Origin: Nitrospirota bacterium
GTDB taxonomy: Bacteria; Nitrospirota; JACRHJ01
Direction of reading: 5' to 3'
Assembly: GCA_027328825.1 (NCBI GenBank)
Contig: DAHWTK010000001.1
Span: forward strand, 16,703 to 80,702
DNA: 64,000 nucleotides
A model generated the notes under the pieces. The model saw only the letters and a list, made by a program, of their open reading frames with translations. It made no database searches and was not told the DNA's origin. The translations under genes and the position numbers were made by a program. Below, piece after piece: positions 36,844 to 46,544 of the stretch (the first letter of the stretch is position 1; every line of letters begins with the position of its first letter).

Positions 36844-38436
36844 TTACTGCCCGAGCATTGCCTTCAAGTCCGCTTCGGGGGTGGTAATCGGCATGATATT
36901 GAATTTCTCCACGAGCGCACCGGCGACGTTCGGCGAAAGAAACGCCGGGAGCGACGGCCCTATGCGGATGTTCTTTATGCCGAGGTTCAGAAGTGTCAGG
37001 AGTATGGACACGGCCTTCTGCTCGTACCACGAAAGCACAAGCGAGAGCGGCAGGTCGTTTACGCCGACTCCGAACGCCTCGGCAAGCGCCACGGCTATCT
37101 TTACCGCGGAGTAGGCGTCGTTGCACTGGCCGATGTCGAGCAGCCTCGGTATCCCGCCTATGTCTCCGAATTCGAGCTTGTTGAAGCGGTATTTCCCGCA
37201 GGCAAGCGTAAGGATTACGGAGTCTCTGGGCGCGGCCATAGCCAGTTCGGTATAGTAATTTCTGCCGGATTTTGCGCCGTCGCAGCCGCCTATCAGGAAG
37301 AAATGCTTTATTTTCCCGGCCTTGACGGCGTCGATTACCTGCCCGGCGACACCCATTACGGTATTCCTGCCGAAACCCGTAAGTATCGTCTGCTCAGGGG
37401 CGTCTGCGGCAAATCCCGGGGCTTTCATGGCCGCATCGATAACGGCTGAGAAGTCCCTGTCCTTTATGTGCGTAACGCCCGGCATGGCGACAAGCCCTGT
37501 CGTGAATATCCGGCTCTGGTAGCTCTCGCGGGGCTTCTGGATGCAGTTTGTCGTCATGACGACGGCGCCGGGGAATGCATCGAATTCCTTAACCTGGTCC
37601 TGCCAGGCCCCGCCGTAGTTTCCCGCAAGGTGCGGGTATTTCTTGAGGCCCGGATATCCGTGCGCGGGGAGCATCTCTCCGTGCGTGTATATGTTTATAC
37701 CTTTGCCCTCGGTCTGTTTCAGGAGTTCTTCAAGGTCTTTCAAGTCATGCCCGGATATGACTATCGCCTTGCCCTTCACAGGCGTTACCCGCACTTTCGC
37801 GGGAACGGGGTGGCCGTATGCGCCCGTATTTGCGCCGTCCAGAAGCTCCATGGCCCGCAGGTTCACCGCCCCTGCCTGCATGGCAAGCTCGAAGAGCCTC
37901 TCCGCAGTCTGTTTTTCTTCGGCCAGATAGCTCATGGCGTCGTGTATGAAGCGAAATACATCCGCGTCCGTCTGCCCGAGGATATAGGCGTGGTCGGCAT
38001 AAGCGGCTATTCCCTTTACGCCGTAGGTGACAAGCTCCTGAAGCGAGGATATGTCCTCGCCGTATTTCTCTCTGCGCGCGGTTATGGACACGGGGGAACC
38101 AGGAGCGAGCGTCTCCGGCTTTCCGCCAGCCGCCTCGCACATGGCCTTCGCCCTTGCCTTCATCTCGCCGGCCTTTTTAAGCCAGGCATCGAGGCGGACG
38201 GGGTCGAAATTTACATTGGTAAGGGTGGAGAAAAGGGCCTCCGCCACGAAAACGTCCACTTCTTCGTCCCTTTTGCCGGCTTTCGCGGCGCGGGAGGCGT
38301 ATTGCGATATGCCTTTGACGGCGGAAACCAATTCATCTTGAAGCAAGGCGGTATTTTCGTCCTTGCCGCATACTCCCTTGACCGTGCAGCCGGTTCCCTT
38401 GGCGGCCTGTTCGCACTGGTAGCAGAACATTCCCAT
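36844..38436 (-). CDS. hcp: hybrid-cluster protein / hydroxylamine reductase
   Basis: N-terminal MFCYQCEQAAKGTGCTVKGVCG cysteine cluster and about 530-aa length typical of Hcp; AAGGAGA RBS. Confidence 0.9.
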   Translation of the reverse strand: MGMFCYQCEQAAKGTGCTVKGVCGKDENTALLQDELVSAVKGISQYASRAAKAGKRDEEVDVFVAEALFSTLTNVNFDPVRLDAWLKKAGEMKARAKAMCEAAGGKPETLAPGSPVSITARREKYGEDISSLQELVTYGVKGIAAYADHAYILGQTDADVFRFIHDAMSYLAEEKQTAERLFELAMQAGAVNLRAMELLDGANTGAYGHPVPAKVRVTPVKGKAIVISGHDLKDLEELLKQTEGKGINIYTHGEMLPAHGYPGLKKYPHLAGNYGGAWQDQVKEFDAFPGAVVMTTNCIQKPRESYQSRIFTTGLVAMPGVTHIKDRDFSAVIDAAMKAPGFAADAPEQTILTGFGRNTVMGVAGQVIDAVKAGKIKHFFLIGGCDGAKSGRNYYTELAMAAPRDSVILTLACGKYRFNKLEFGDIGGIPRLLDIGQCNDAYSAVKIAVALAEAFGVGVNDLPLSLVLSWYEQKAVSILLTLLNLGIKNIRIGPSLPAFLSPNVAGALVEKFNIMPITTPEADLKAMLGQ

Positions 38437-38541
38437 TAGTCGTCTCCTTTGTTGCGGGTTAAATTTTATGAAATATTAGCACGGAAGGAGTCCGTCTGCA
38501 CTGAACGGGCGTCAACAAAAAATATGATAGATGTCAGTAAA

Positions 38542-39225
38542 TTAGCCCTGTGAGGCAGGGTTGGCTTGCTGGTTGTCCATGTGCCTTATGATCCTGCCCT
38601 CGACAAGATAGACCACCATCTCGGCGATGTTCGTCGCGTGGTCGGCGATTCTTTCGAGGTATTTCGAGATGTAGGTTATTCTTATGGCCCTGGATATGGA
38701 GTGCGGGTCTTCTATCATAAACGTCAGAAGCTCTCTGAATATCTGCTTGTTAAGCTCGTCGACAAAATCGTCCTCGTCCAGGACGGCCCTGGCAAGCTCG
38801 GCGTTTCTGTTAACAAAGGCGTCGAGGGCCTCCTTGAGCATGTTCCTCGCGGCCTTCGCCATCCTCGGCACGTCTATATAAGGCTTCAGTATGGGCTCCT
38901 CGTTAAGCTCAAGCGCCCTCTCGGATACGTCCACGGCCAGGTCTCCAATCCTCTCTATGTCCGTGACAATCTTCATGGCGGTGGTGATGAAGCGCAAATC
39001 TCCCGCCTCCGGCTGTCTGAGCGCCAGGAGCCTTATGCACTCTTCGTCTATCTCCACCTCCATGCGGTTTACCTCGTGGTCGGCGTCTATTACCTTTCTC
39101 GCCAGGTCGTTGTCCCTGTCCACGAGAGACTTGATGGAACGCGCAACCTGGGCCTCAACGACCGAACCCATCGTCAGGAGCCGTTCCTTTAAATCGCTAA
39201 GCTCTTTATCGAGTATTTTGCCCAA
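38542..39225 (-). CDS. phoU: phosphate signalling complex protein PhoU
   Basis: 227 aa, duplicated PhoU helical repeats (D..IERIGD / D..LERIADHATNIAE). Confidence 0.9.
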   Translation of the reverse strand: MGKILDKELSDLKERLLTMGSVVEAQVARSIKSLVDRDNDLARKVIDADHEVNRMEVEIDEECIRLLALRQPEAGDLRFITTAMKIVTDIERIGDLAVDVSERALELNEEPILKPYIDVPRMAKAARNMLKEALDAFVNRNAELARAVLDEDDFVDELNKQIFRELLTFMIEDPHSISRAIRITYISKYLERIADHATNIAEMVVYLVEGRIIRHMDNQQANPASQG

Positions 39226-39237
39226 GTTATCTTCTCC

Positions 39238-39996
39238 TTATCCGAACCTGCCGGTTATGTAATCCTCCGTCCTCTTGTCCGACGGGTTGGTGAAAATCTT
39301 GTCCGTTGTCCCGTACTCTATAAGACGCCCGGAGAGGAAAAACGCCGTCCTGTCGGATATCCTCGCCGCCTGCTGCATGTTATGCGTCACCACGACTATT
39401 GTATACCGTTCCTTGAGGTCGGTAAAGAGGTCTTCTATCTTTGCCGTGGAGATAGGGTCGAGAGCGGAGGCCGGCTCGTCCGCAAGCAGCACTTCCGGCT
39501 CCACCGCAAGGGCGCGGGCTATGCAGAGCCGCTGCTGCTGACCGCCGGAGAGGCTTATCCCCGGCTTGTTAAGCTGATCTTTGACTTCATCCCAGAGCGC
39601 CGCGCGCCGGAGGTATTTCTCCGCCGTCTCCTCAACCTCGTGTCTGCCGAGCCTCCGGTTCAGTATAATCCCCGCCACGACGTTTTCCTTTATGGACATC
39701 GTAGGGAACGGGTTCGGCTTCTGGAACACCATTCCCAGGCGGCGCCTTATCAGAACCGGGTCTACCCCGCTTCCGTAGACGTCTTCGCCGTCAAGGATTA
39801 CCCTGCCGCTCGAGTACGCCCCCCGTATTTCCTCGTGCATCCTGTTTATGCACCGGATGAACGTGGACTTGCCGCACCCGGACGGGCCTATTATCGCCGT
39901 GATGGAGTTCTCCGGGACGGCCATGTCGATATCGTGCAGGGCCTGCGTCTTTCCGAACCATGCGTTTAAACCTTCTGCGGCAATTTTGTCAGCCAT
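39238..39996 (-). CDS. pstB: phosphate ABC transporter ATP-binding protein PstB
   Basis: Walker [10 protein letters not shown], signature LSGGQQQRL, Walker B LLADEP; ATG at 39996 preferred over the ORF-track TTG start at 40020. Confidence 0.9.
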   Translation of the reverse strand: MADKIAAEGLNAWFGKTQALHDIDMAVPENSITAIIGPSGCGKSTFIRCINRMHEEIRGAYSSGRVILDGEDVYGSGVDPVLIRRRLGMVFQKPNPFPTMSIKENVVAGIILNRRLGRHEVEETAEKYLRRAALWDEVKDQLNKPGISLSGGQQQRLCIARALAVEPEVLLADEPASALDPISTAKIEDLFTDLKERYTIVVVTHNMQQAARISDRTAFFLSGRLIEYGTTDKIFTNPSDKRTEDYITGRFG

Positions 39997-40846
39997 TGCG
40001 TTTGAACCCTTTCCGCGCAAGATAGAGCCGGGCCGAGATATTCAGCAGGAGGACCATGCCGACGAGCACGAGCGCCGCCGCCCACGCCTTCTGCTGCCAG
40101 TCCTGATATGGCGAGATGGAATAGTTGAAAAGATCCACGGGAAGGGTCGCCATGGGCTGGCCCGGGTTGAAATTCCAGAAAGAATTGGAAAAGGACGTAA
40201 AGAGAAGCGGCGCAGCCTCGCCGCCGACCCTCGCCACGGCGAGTATCGTGCCCGTGACAAGGCCGCCGCTCGCCGTTTTCAGGACTATGCTGAGTATCGT
40301 CTTCCATTTCGGGACGCCAAGGGCAAAAGATGCCTCGCGCAGGGTATCCGGGACGGTCCTGAAAATCTCCTCGGAGGAACGTATGATTATGGGCAGCATG
40401 AGAAGCGCGAGCGAGACGGAGCCGGAGAAGGCCGAGAACCTGTGCATGTGCGTTACCACGAGCGCATAGGCTACTATGCCCGCAACTATCGCGGGGACGC
40501 CCGCGAGGACGTCCGAGACAAACCGGACAGTGGAGGCGAAAACGCCTCTGCCATATTCAGACAGATATATCGCCGTCGCTATCCCAACCGGAATGGCCAT
40601 AAGACCCGCCATGCCGACGACTATAATACTCCCGGCTATGGAATTGGCAAGCCCGCCGCCGGGGACTCCGACCGGGGTGGGGAGCTTCGTGAAGAAATCA
40701 ATATTCACGGCGGATATGCCCTTTACAAACGTATAGCCCAGTATCCAGAAGAGCATCGAGACCGCCGCCAGCGCGGCAAGAAAAGACAGGCCGAGCATAA
40801 TTGTCCCGAAGACCTTGCGTCTCATATACCTGAAGTCCGTCTTCAT
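39989..40846 (-). CDS. pstA: phosphate ABC transporter permease PstA
   Basis: 285 aa from [11 protein letters not shown]...; six TM helices, EAA-like loop; the 539-aa ORF-track entry is a spurious upstream extension through pstC. Confidence 0.85.
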   Translation of the reverse strand: MKTDFRYMRRKVFGTIMLGLSFLAALAAVSMLFWILGYTFVKGISAVNIDFFTKLPTPVGVPGGGLANSIAGSIIVVGMAGLMAIPVGIATAIYLSEYGRGVFASTVRFVSDVLAGVPAIVAGIVAYALVVTHMHRFSAFSGSVSLALLMLPIIIRSSEEIFRTVPDTLREASFALGVPKWKTILSIVLKTASGGLVTGTILAVARVGGEAAPLLFTSFSNSFWNFNPGQPMATLPVDLFNYSISPYQDWQQKAWAAALVLVGMVLLLNISARLYLARKGFKRNG

Positions 40847-41784
40847 ATCCTCGCCCCTCGGGAAAAACGGTTCATGCGCAACATCAGAAGCTTTGCGAAC
40901 GCGTTTATTATAACGCTTATCACGAAGAGTATGAGCCCGAGTTCCACGAGCGCTGAAATCTGGAGCTTGTCGAAGGCCTCGGTGAACTGGTTGGCTATCA
41001 CGCTCGAAATAGTGTATCCGGGGTCGAGAAGCGAGAGCGAGAACTGCGGCGTGTTCCCTATCACCATCGTTACGGCCATCGTCTCGCCCAGGGCGCGCCC
41101 AAGCCCGAGCACCACGGCGCCGAGGATGCCGGAACGGCTGTTCGGGATTACGACCTTGGAGACGACCTCCCACCTCGTCATGCCGAGCGCCAGGCCGCCT
41201 TCGCGCTGGTTGGACGGGACGGTATACATTACGTCCCTCGAAATGGAGGAGATGGTCGGGATTATCATGACGGCGAGCAGAAGGCCCGCATTCAGAAATC
41301 CCAGCCCCAGGGGATAGCCAGTGAAAAAGGGCAGCCAGCTTAAATTGGAAAGAGGCGGCTCGACATATTGCTGGAGTATCGGCGAGAGCACGAAAAGCCC
41401 CCACAGGCCGAATATCAGGCTCGGGATAGCAGCGAGCAGTTCTATCAGGAAGCCTACGGAGCTCCGAAGCCAGGCGGGCGCGAGTTCCGAGAGGAATATG
41501 GCGATACCGAGGCTGACGGGCAGGGCAATCAGCAGCGCAAGCAGAGACGTATAGAACGTCCCCCATATAAAAGGAAGGGCCCCGTACACCTTCTGCACGG
41601 GGTCCCATTCCTTCGTTATCAGGAACTTAAGCCCGAACTTGTGGAATGTGGGTCCCGAGGCGCTGAAAAGCTCGTAGACCACTACCACCGATATGAGCAG
41701 CACCGACAGGGAAAAAAGACCCGTCATGCCCATGAATATCTTTTCGGGGCTTAATATCTTTTTTCTGCTTAGCTTTTCCGCCAA
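40843..41784 (-). CDS. pstC: phosphate ABC transporter permease PstC
   Basis: 313 aa multi-pass permease, overlaps pstA start by 4 nt. Confidence 0.85.
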   Translation of the reverse strand: MAEKLSRKKILSPEKIFMGMTGLFSLSVLLISVVVVYELFSASGPTFHKFGLKFLITKEWDPVQKVYGALPFIWGTFYTSLLALLIALPVSLGIAIFLSELAPAWLRSSVGFLIELLAAIPSLIFGLWGLFVLSPILQQYVEPPLSNLSWLPFFTGYPLGLGFLNAGLLLAVMIIPTISSISRDVMYTVPSNQREGGLALGMTRWEVVSKVVIPNSRSGILGAVVLGLGRALGETMAVTMVIGNTPQFSLSLLDPGYTISSVIANQFTEAFDKLQISALVELGLILFVISVIINAFAKLLMLRMNRFSRGARI

Positions 41785-41798
41785 AAACCGTTCCTTTT

Positions 41799-42800
41799 TT
41801 ATCTTACCTGCCTGTTGAGCTCGTTTAGAATCCTCGTTTTGAGCTTGGCGGGCAGTGGGACATAGTCCAGGGACAGCGCGTCCCTGTCGCCGTTAGTATA
41901 TGCCCATCTTACATAACTCTTTACTGCGGCGGCCTTGGCCGGCGCAAGGTTCTTCGGGACGAGCATGAAGGTGAACCCTGCAATCGGATAAGAGTTCTTA
42001 CCGGGCGCATTGGTGAACTTTATGTAAAAATTGGCCGGAATCTTCGCGTGGCTTGCCGCTTCCCTGGCGTTTGCGAGGCTGGGATACACCCAGTTGCCGC
42101 TGCTGTTCTTTACCGCCGCGTAAGTCATGCCGCTCTGGAGGACATATGCAAGCTCGACATAGCCGAACGCGCCGCGCGTCTTCTGTATGGTTCCGGCAAC
42201 CCCCTGGTTCCCTTTGCCGCCGAGGCCGACCGGCCAGTTTACGGACGTGCCCGCCCCGACCCTCTGTCTCCACAACGGACTCACGTCGCTTAAGAACCAG
42301 GTGAAGATGTTGGTCGTGCCGGAGCCGTCGGAGCGGTGAACGACTATTACCGGCATGTTCGGGAAGTTTATGCCCGGGTTAAGCCTCGTTATCTCCGGGT
42401 CGTTCCACTTCTTTACCTTGCCGAGATATATGTCCGCTATGGTGGAAGGCAGAAGCTTCAGGCCCGTCCTTACGCCGGGGAGGTTATATGTCATAGCCAC
42501 GGCGCCGCCGACTGTGGGGAACATGAAGAGGTTATTTTTCTTCTGGTCGGCACCGCTTAAAGGAGCGTCGCTGCAACCGAAATCCACCGTCCTGGCTTCT
42601 ATCTGCTGAATCCCGGCGCCGCTTCCGATAGCAGCATAGTTTATCTTGGTTCCGGTCTGCTTGGCGTAAGAATAGAACCACTTCGAATACAGGGGGTACG
42701 GGAATGTCGCGCCCGCCGCATTCAGCGTCATGGCAGAGGCGGTACAGACGGATGCGGCAAGCAGCAGAGCCGATATGGCAATCATCAGAATCTTCTTCAT
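41799..42800 (-). CDS. pstS: phosphate-binding periplasmic protein PstS
   Basis: 333 aa, signal peptide, ...AAGATFPYPLYSKW...YAAIGSGAGIQQ... typical PstS. Confidence 0.85.
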   Translation of the reverse strand: MKKILMIAISALLLAASVCTASAMTLNAAGATFPYPLYSKWFYSYAKQTGTKINYAAIGSGAGIQQIEARTVDFGCSDAPLSGADQKKNNLFMFPTVGGAVAMTYNLPGVRTGLKLLPSTIADIYLGKVKKWNDPEITRLNPGINFPNMPVIVVHRSDGSGTTNIFTWFLSDVSPLWRQRVGAGTSVNWPVGLGGKGNQGVAGTIQKTRGAFGYVELAYVLQSGMTYAAVKNSSGNWVYPSLANAREAASHAKIPANFYIKFTNAPGKNSYPIAGFTFMLVPKNLAPAKAAAVKSYVRWAYTNGDRDALSLDYVPLPAKLKTRILNELNRQVR

Positions 42801-42811
42801 TATAACCTCCT

Positions 42812-42831
42812 GTCGCTTCTCTGGAAGCGAC
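42812..42831 (-). other. intercistronic hairpin GTCGCTTC-tctg-GAAGCGAC between porin gene and pstS, immediately before the pstS RBS
   Basis: read directly; 8-bp stem. Confidence 0.35.
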
Positions 42832-42854
42832 GTGTTAGACTGTTATATATATCC

Positions 42855-44153
42855 TTAGAACTGGACCTGTAAATCCGCCTTGACGAAGTTGTTGTCGAGG
42901 TCGCCTGCTTTTTTCAGCGCGGCGCCGGTAGTGGCCCTGTCGTTATCCACAACGAACATCACGTTTTTGTTGACGTCGTAGGCCACGCCGTATATCCACC
43001 TGGTGACGGTGGTATTTGGCGCGTCTTCGTCGTGCCTGAACTTGTCGAAGCGTCCCAGTATCCTGATGGGCTTCCAGAAGGGCATCCTGTACCAGGCCAT
43101 CGCGGAGAAGCCCTGGCCATTGATGTTGTTCTTGCCTGGGTGGGTAAGTTTCGCCGGGTCAGTGCCTCTCGTCCAGTCATACTCGCCCGCGATAAAGGCG
43201 TCGTCGTGATACTTGTAGCCCGCGAAGGCTATATAGCGGTCGTTGTCGTGCAGAAAGTCCTGCTTGGAGATTTTTGCATAGCCGGAGAACTGGAGCTGCT
43301 TCAGGGCGTCAATCTGCGGGATCGGGTTTACCGTAAGTCTTGCCTCCACGGCCTTATACTTGTTAGTCTCGTCCGCATGGTAGCCCTCGCCGTTGTCAAC
43401 GGAGACCTGCCATGAGCCGTAGCCCTTGGGAAGCGGCCCGCGGAAGTCCACGCCAAGGTCGCCCGCGTTTATGTAGCCCTCTTTCTCTATCATCATATTG
43501 TCCACGACGCGGAACTCCCAGAGCCCTTCCTCGTAATCCAGCCACGGCGTCTGGAACTGGCCCATCTTTACTTCCATGCCCTGGTAAAACGGAAGGAACT
43601 TGTGGAAATCGACGTAATAATACTTTAGCCTGAACTCGTAGTCCCCGTTGGTATTGCCAACGTTGGCGCCTCCGTCGGTTATGCCGCCGACCCTGTTTAA
43701 GTCCGATGTGATGCGCACGCCTATCTGCGGGGTCAGGTCGGCAAAGACGTTTAAATAGCCCCTGTTCAGGACAAAGGCGTTCTTGGCGTCCTTGTGGCCG
43801 TTATCATTTGTCGTGTTTTCCTTGTCGAGATTATAGTAATACTCGCCATACATCAGGCCGCCGATGTGTATCTTCGGATACGTATTGGCCTTTTTTTCTC
43901 CTATGGCGTTAGTGACGGCGTCCTTGAATGCCTGGCTGCTGTAATCTCCCGCTGGAGCCGAAGCGGCCTGTGCGGGCGAGCTTTGGGGAGCCGTGAGCGT
44001 GGACAGGTCAACAGGGACCCTGCCCTCGCCTGGTTTTGTGAAGACCTGCCCGGTCTTCGGGTCCTGCCAGAGCGTCGGGGTCTGGCACCAGCCGGACGCC
44101 GATATGGATAAAAGAGCTAATGCGAGAATCGTTGCGCTCAGATACTTCTTCAA
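42855..44153 (-). CDS. outer-membrane porin, putative phosphate-selective (OprP/OprO-like)
   Basis: 432 aa, signal peptide, alternating beta-strand pattern, C-terminal ...DLQVQF (aromatic terminus of OM beta-barrels); first gene of the pst operon behind a Pho box. Confidence 0.6.
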   Translation of the reverse strand: MKKYLSATILALALLSISASGWCQTPTLWQDPKTGQVFTKPGEGRVPVDLSTLTAPQSSPAQAASAPAGDYSSQAFKDAVTNAIGEKKANTYPKIHIGGLMYGEYYYNLDKENTTNDNGHKDAKNAFVLNRGYLNVFADLTPQIGVRITSDLNRVGGITDGGANVGNTNGDYEFRLKYYYVDFHKFLPFYQGMEVKMGQFQTPWLDYEEGLWEFRVVDNMMIEKEGYINAGDLGVDFRGPLPKGYGSWQVSVDNGEGYHADETNKYKAVEARLTVNPIPQIDALKQLQFSGYAKISKQDFLHDNDRYIAFAGYKYHDDAFIAGEYDWTRGTDPAKLTHPGKNNINGQGFSAMAWYRMPFWKPIRILGRFDKFRHDEDAPNTTVTRWIYGVAYDVNKNVMFVVDNDRATTGAALKKAGDLDNNFVKADLQVQF

Positions 44154-44192
44154 TCTTGCCTCCTTCTCATGAACAGAAAGGTTAACATCCCC

Positions 44193-44221
44193 CTGTTACA
44201 GAATTATTACAGTTATGTTAC
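44193..44221. promoter_or_regulatory. Pho box: three 7-nt direct repeats with 11-bp periodicity (TGTTACA-gaat-TATTACA-gtta-TGTTACG), 40-70 bp upstream of the porin start
   Basis: periodicity and similarity to the CTGTCAT-type PhoB half-sites read directly. Confidence 0.5.
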
Positions 44222-44331
44222 GAATCCGTTAAATAAGCCTCCGTGCGGCCTTTTCACCCCCTTTCCAAGGATTTCGGCGCAAGGATAGCAGGTAATTGTT
44301 ACAGCGTTATTAAAGGTGTTTTAATTTTTGG

Positions 44332-45645
44332 TTACAGGGTGGATTTAAAGAAAAGGGAAACTTTCGTCCCCCGGCTGCCGGTAGCACGGCCGCTGTCGGT
44401 CTGGCCATGGACTGGGCTTTCGATGCTGAATTTACCGCCATGGAGTCTCACCAGATGCTTGACGATAGCAAGGCCCAGGCCCGTGCCGCCAAGCTCGCGG
44501 GAACGCGCCGGGTCCACCCTGAAGAAACGCTCTCCCATCCGCGGCAGCATCTCCGGCGGGATCCCGGAACCGGTGTCGGTAATGGAAATCTCCGCCATGC
44601 CGTCGTAGCCGGAAGGCTGGTCGGCTCCGGCAATTATTACGCTTTCACCGCGCGGAGAGTATTTTACGGCGTTATCGAGGACGTTCAGTATTATCTGATA
44701 GAGCCTGTCCCTGTCGGCCAGGACGGGGGGCATATTTCCGGGGAACTCGAAGGTTATTGTTACGCCTTTTTCCCTTGCCTTCGGCTCAAGAAGGGCCGCC
44801 GCCTCCGCCGCCACATCCCTTAGCGAAACCGGTCTCGTCTGAAGCCTTACCTCGCCAAGCTCTATCCTGGAGAGCGTCATAAGGTCTTCCACGAGCCGGG
44901 ACAGCCTGCGCGCGTTGGATTCGATTATCCCAAGAAATTTGACGCCCTTTTCCCTGTCGTTTATCGCGCCGTCCATCAATGTCTCGGCAAAGCCCTGTAT
45001 GGCGGAAATCGGCGTTTTAAGCTCGTGTGTCACATTGGCTACAAAATCCCTGCGCACCCGCTCGAGCTGGAGCATCCTCGTGACATCGTGCAGGACTATG
45101 ACAATCCCGGAAAAACCCTCCTCTATAATCAGCGGGACGCATCCAGCGATGAAAGACATCGGCTCCGGGAAGCCGGTCTCTATCTCTCCGGACGCATAAT
45201 CCTTACGCTCGTGGGCGGTCCTGTAGAGACTTAAAAGTCCATCGTTTCTTATCACCTCTACAAGCGGCCTGCCGACAGCCTCTTCTTCCCTTATGCCGAA
45301 AGTCTTCAGAAACGCCGGGTTTACTATTATCGCCCGGCCCTGCGCGTCGGTAACCATTACACCGTCCGCCATGCCTTTTAATACCGCCGTCAGGATAACC
45401 TTCTCCCTGGAGAGCGCCTCGACGTTTTTCCTCAATTGCCCGGCCATAAGGTTTAAGTTTTCCGCGAGAATGCCGAGCGAGCCTCCGTCTTCTGAGGCGA
45501 TTCGGCTTCCAAAATCTCCCGCCGCGATCTTCCCGGTGAAGGCTATCATCCTGTCCACCTTCCGGGCAAGCCGCAGCCGGGACAGCAATGCCCAGGCTAT
45601 AATAATGGCGATAAATAATGAAAGGCCCGCCGCAAGATCGGTCAT
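44332..45645 (-). CDS. phoR: phosphate regulon sensor kinase PhoR
   Basis: 437 aa; N-terminal TM + HAMP-like, PAS, H-box HELKTPISAIQGF, HATPase G-boxes; overlaps phoB stop. Confidence 0.85.
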   Translation of the reverse strand: MTDLAAGLSLFIAIIIAWALLSRLRLARKVDRMIAFTGKIAAGDFGSRIASEDGGSLGILAENLNLMAGQLRKNVEALSREKVILTAVLKGMADGVMVTDAQGRAIIVNPAFLKTFGIREEEAVGRPLVEVIRNDGLLSLYRTAHERKDYASGEIETGFPEPMSFIAGCVPLIIEEGFSGIVIVLHDVTRMLQLERVRRDFVANVTHELKTPISAIQGFAETLMDGAINDREKGVKFLGIIESNARRLSRLVEDLMTLSRIELGEVRLQTRPVSLRDVAAEAAALLEPKAREKGVTITFEFPGNMPPVLADRDRLYQIILNVLDNAVKYSPRGESVIIAGADQPSGYDGMAEISITDTGSGIPPEMLPRMGERFFRVDPARSRELGGTGLGLAIVKHLVRLHGGKFSIESPVHGQTDSGRATGSRGTKVSLFFKSTL

Positions 45646-46331
45646 TCGGCCATCTCGTAGCCTATGCCACGCGCGGTCTTTATAATGGTGGGTTTCTCCG
45701 GGTCTTCCTCGATCTTCGCCCTGAGCCGCCGGATATGCACGTCCACCGTCCGTGGTTCCACGAACTGGTCGTCCTTCCAGACATTATCGAGGAGCTTTTC
45801 CCTGGGGATTACCCGGCCCCTGTTCAAGGCCAGGTATTTAAGCAGCTTGAATTCCGTGGGTGAAAGAGTAAGCGGTTTGTCGTGCAGATAAACCTTGTTT
45901 TTGTCCAGGTCTATCTTGAGGCCGTCCGCCCTTATGACTGTAGGTGCATGGCCGTTTGGAGAGGACCTCCTGAGGACGGCCTTCACCCTGGCCACAAGCT
46001 CCCTTGGCGAGAACGGCTTTGTCACGTAATCGTCCGCGCCAAGCTCAAGCCCCAGGACCTTGTCAAGCTCTCCGCCCTTCGCCGTAAGCAGGATTACGGG
46101 AATATCCTGGCTCTCCGGTTTTTTCTTAAGCTCGCGGAGCACTTCCAGGCCCTGCATACCCGGAAGCATTATGTCGAGAACGATGAGCGACGGGGAGTCT
46201 TTTCGGGCGATTTTAAGTGCGTCCACGCCGTTTTCTGCGGCGGATACCTTATAGCCTTCCTTTACGAGATTATATTCGACCAGCTCCAACAGGTCCTTCT
46301 CGTCGTCCACCACGAGTATGCTCTCGGACAT
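45642..46331 (-). CDS. phoB: phosphate regulon response regulator PhoB (OmpR family)
   Basis: 229 aa REC + winged-helix; ILVVDDE..., VLDIMLPG, C-terminal ...TVDVHIRRLRAKIE... Confidence 0.9.
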   Translation of the reverse strand: MSESILVVDDEKDLLELVEYNLVKEGYKVSAAENGVDALKIARKDSPSLIVLDIMLPGMQGLEVLRELKKKPESQDIPVILLTAKGGELDKVLGLELGADDYVTKPFSPRELVARVKAVLRRSSPNGHAPTVIRADGLKIDLDKNKVYLHDKPLTLSPTEFKLLKYLALNRGRVIPREKLLDNVWKDDQFVEPRTVDVHIRRLRAKIEEDPEKPTIIKTARGIGYEMAE

Positions 46332-46544
46332 ACTTAAATCTCCCGAATGTTTTTTACAATATTACTCTATTATATTTCATTTCTTTCGTCCAACAAAAAA
46401 GAGGGCTTCATCATAACTTAATGTTTCTTTAATCAAACTGCAACAACATCTATGCTTTAATCCTGCCCAAGGCTTCCTGATCCTGCCGCGGTAAGGAAGA
46501 TACCTCGGCCCGCGTCGGCTCCTCCCTCCGGCGCGGGCATATTT

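Noticed and set aside
39989-41608. 539-aa ORF-track entry for pstA
   Set aside because: The first 254 codons read through the pstC coding region in another frame and are Arg/Pro-rich nonsense. The real PstA starts at the ATG at 40846 (MKTDFRYM...). Similar spurious 5' extensions were trimmed for the 2-hydroxyacid dehydrogenase (3009 to 2838), rpiB (7094 to 6899), cpaB (56841 to 56742), DUF190 (15948 to 16374) and tkt (11383 to 11308).
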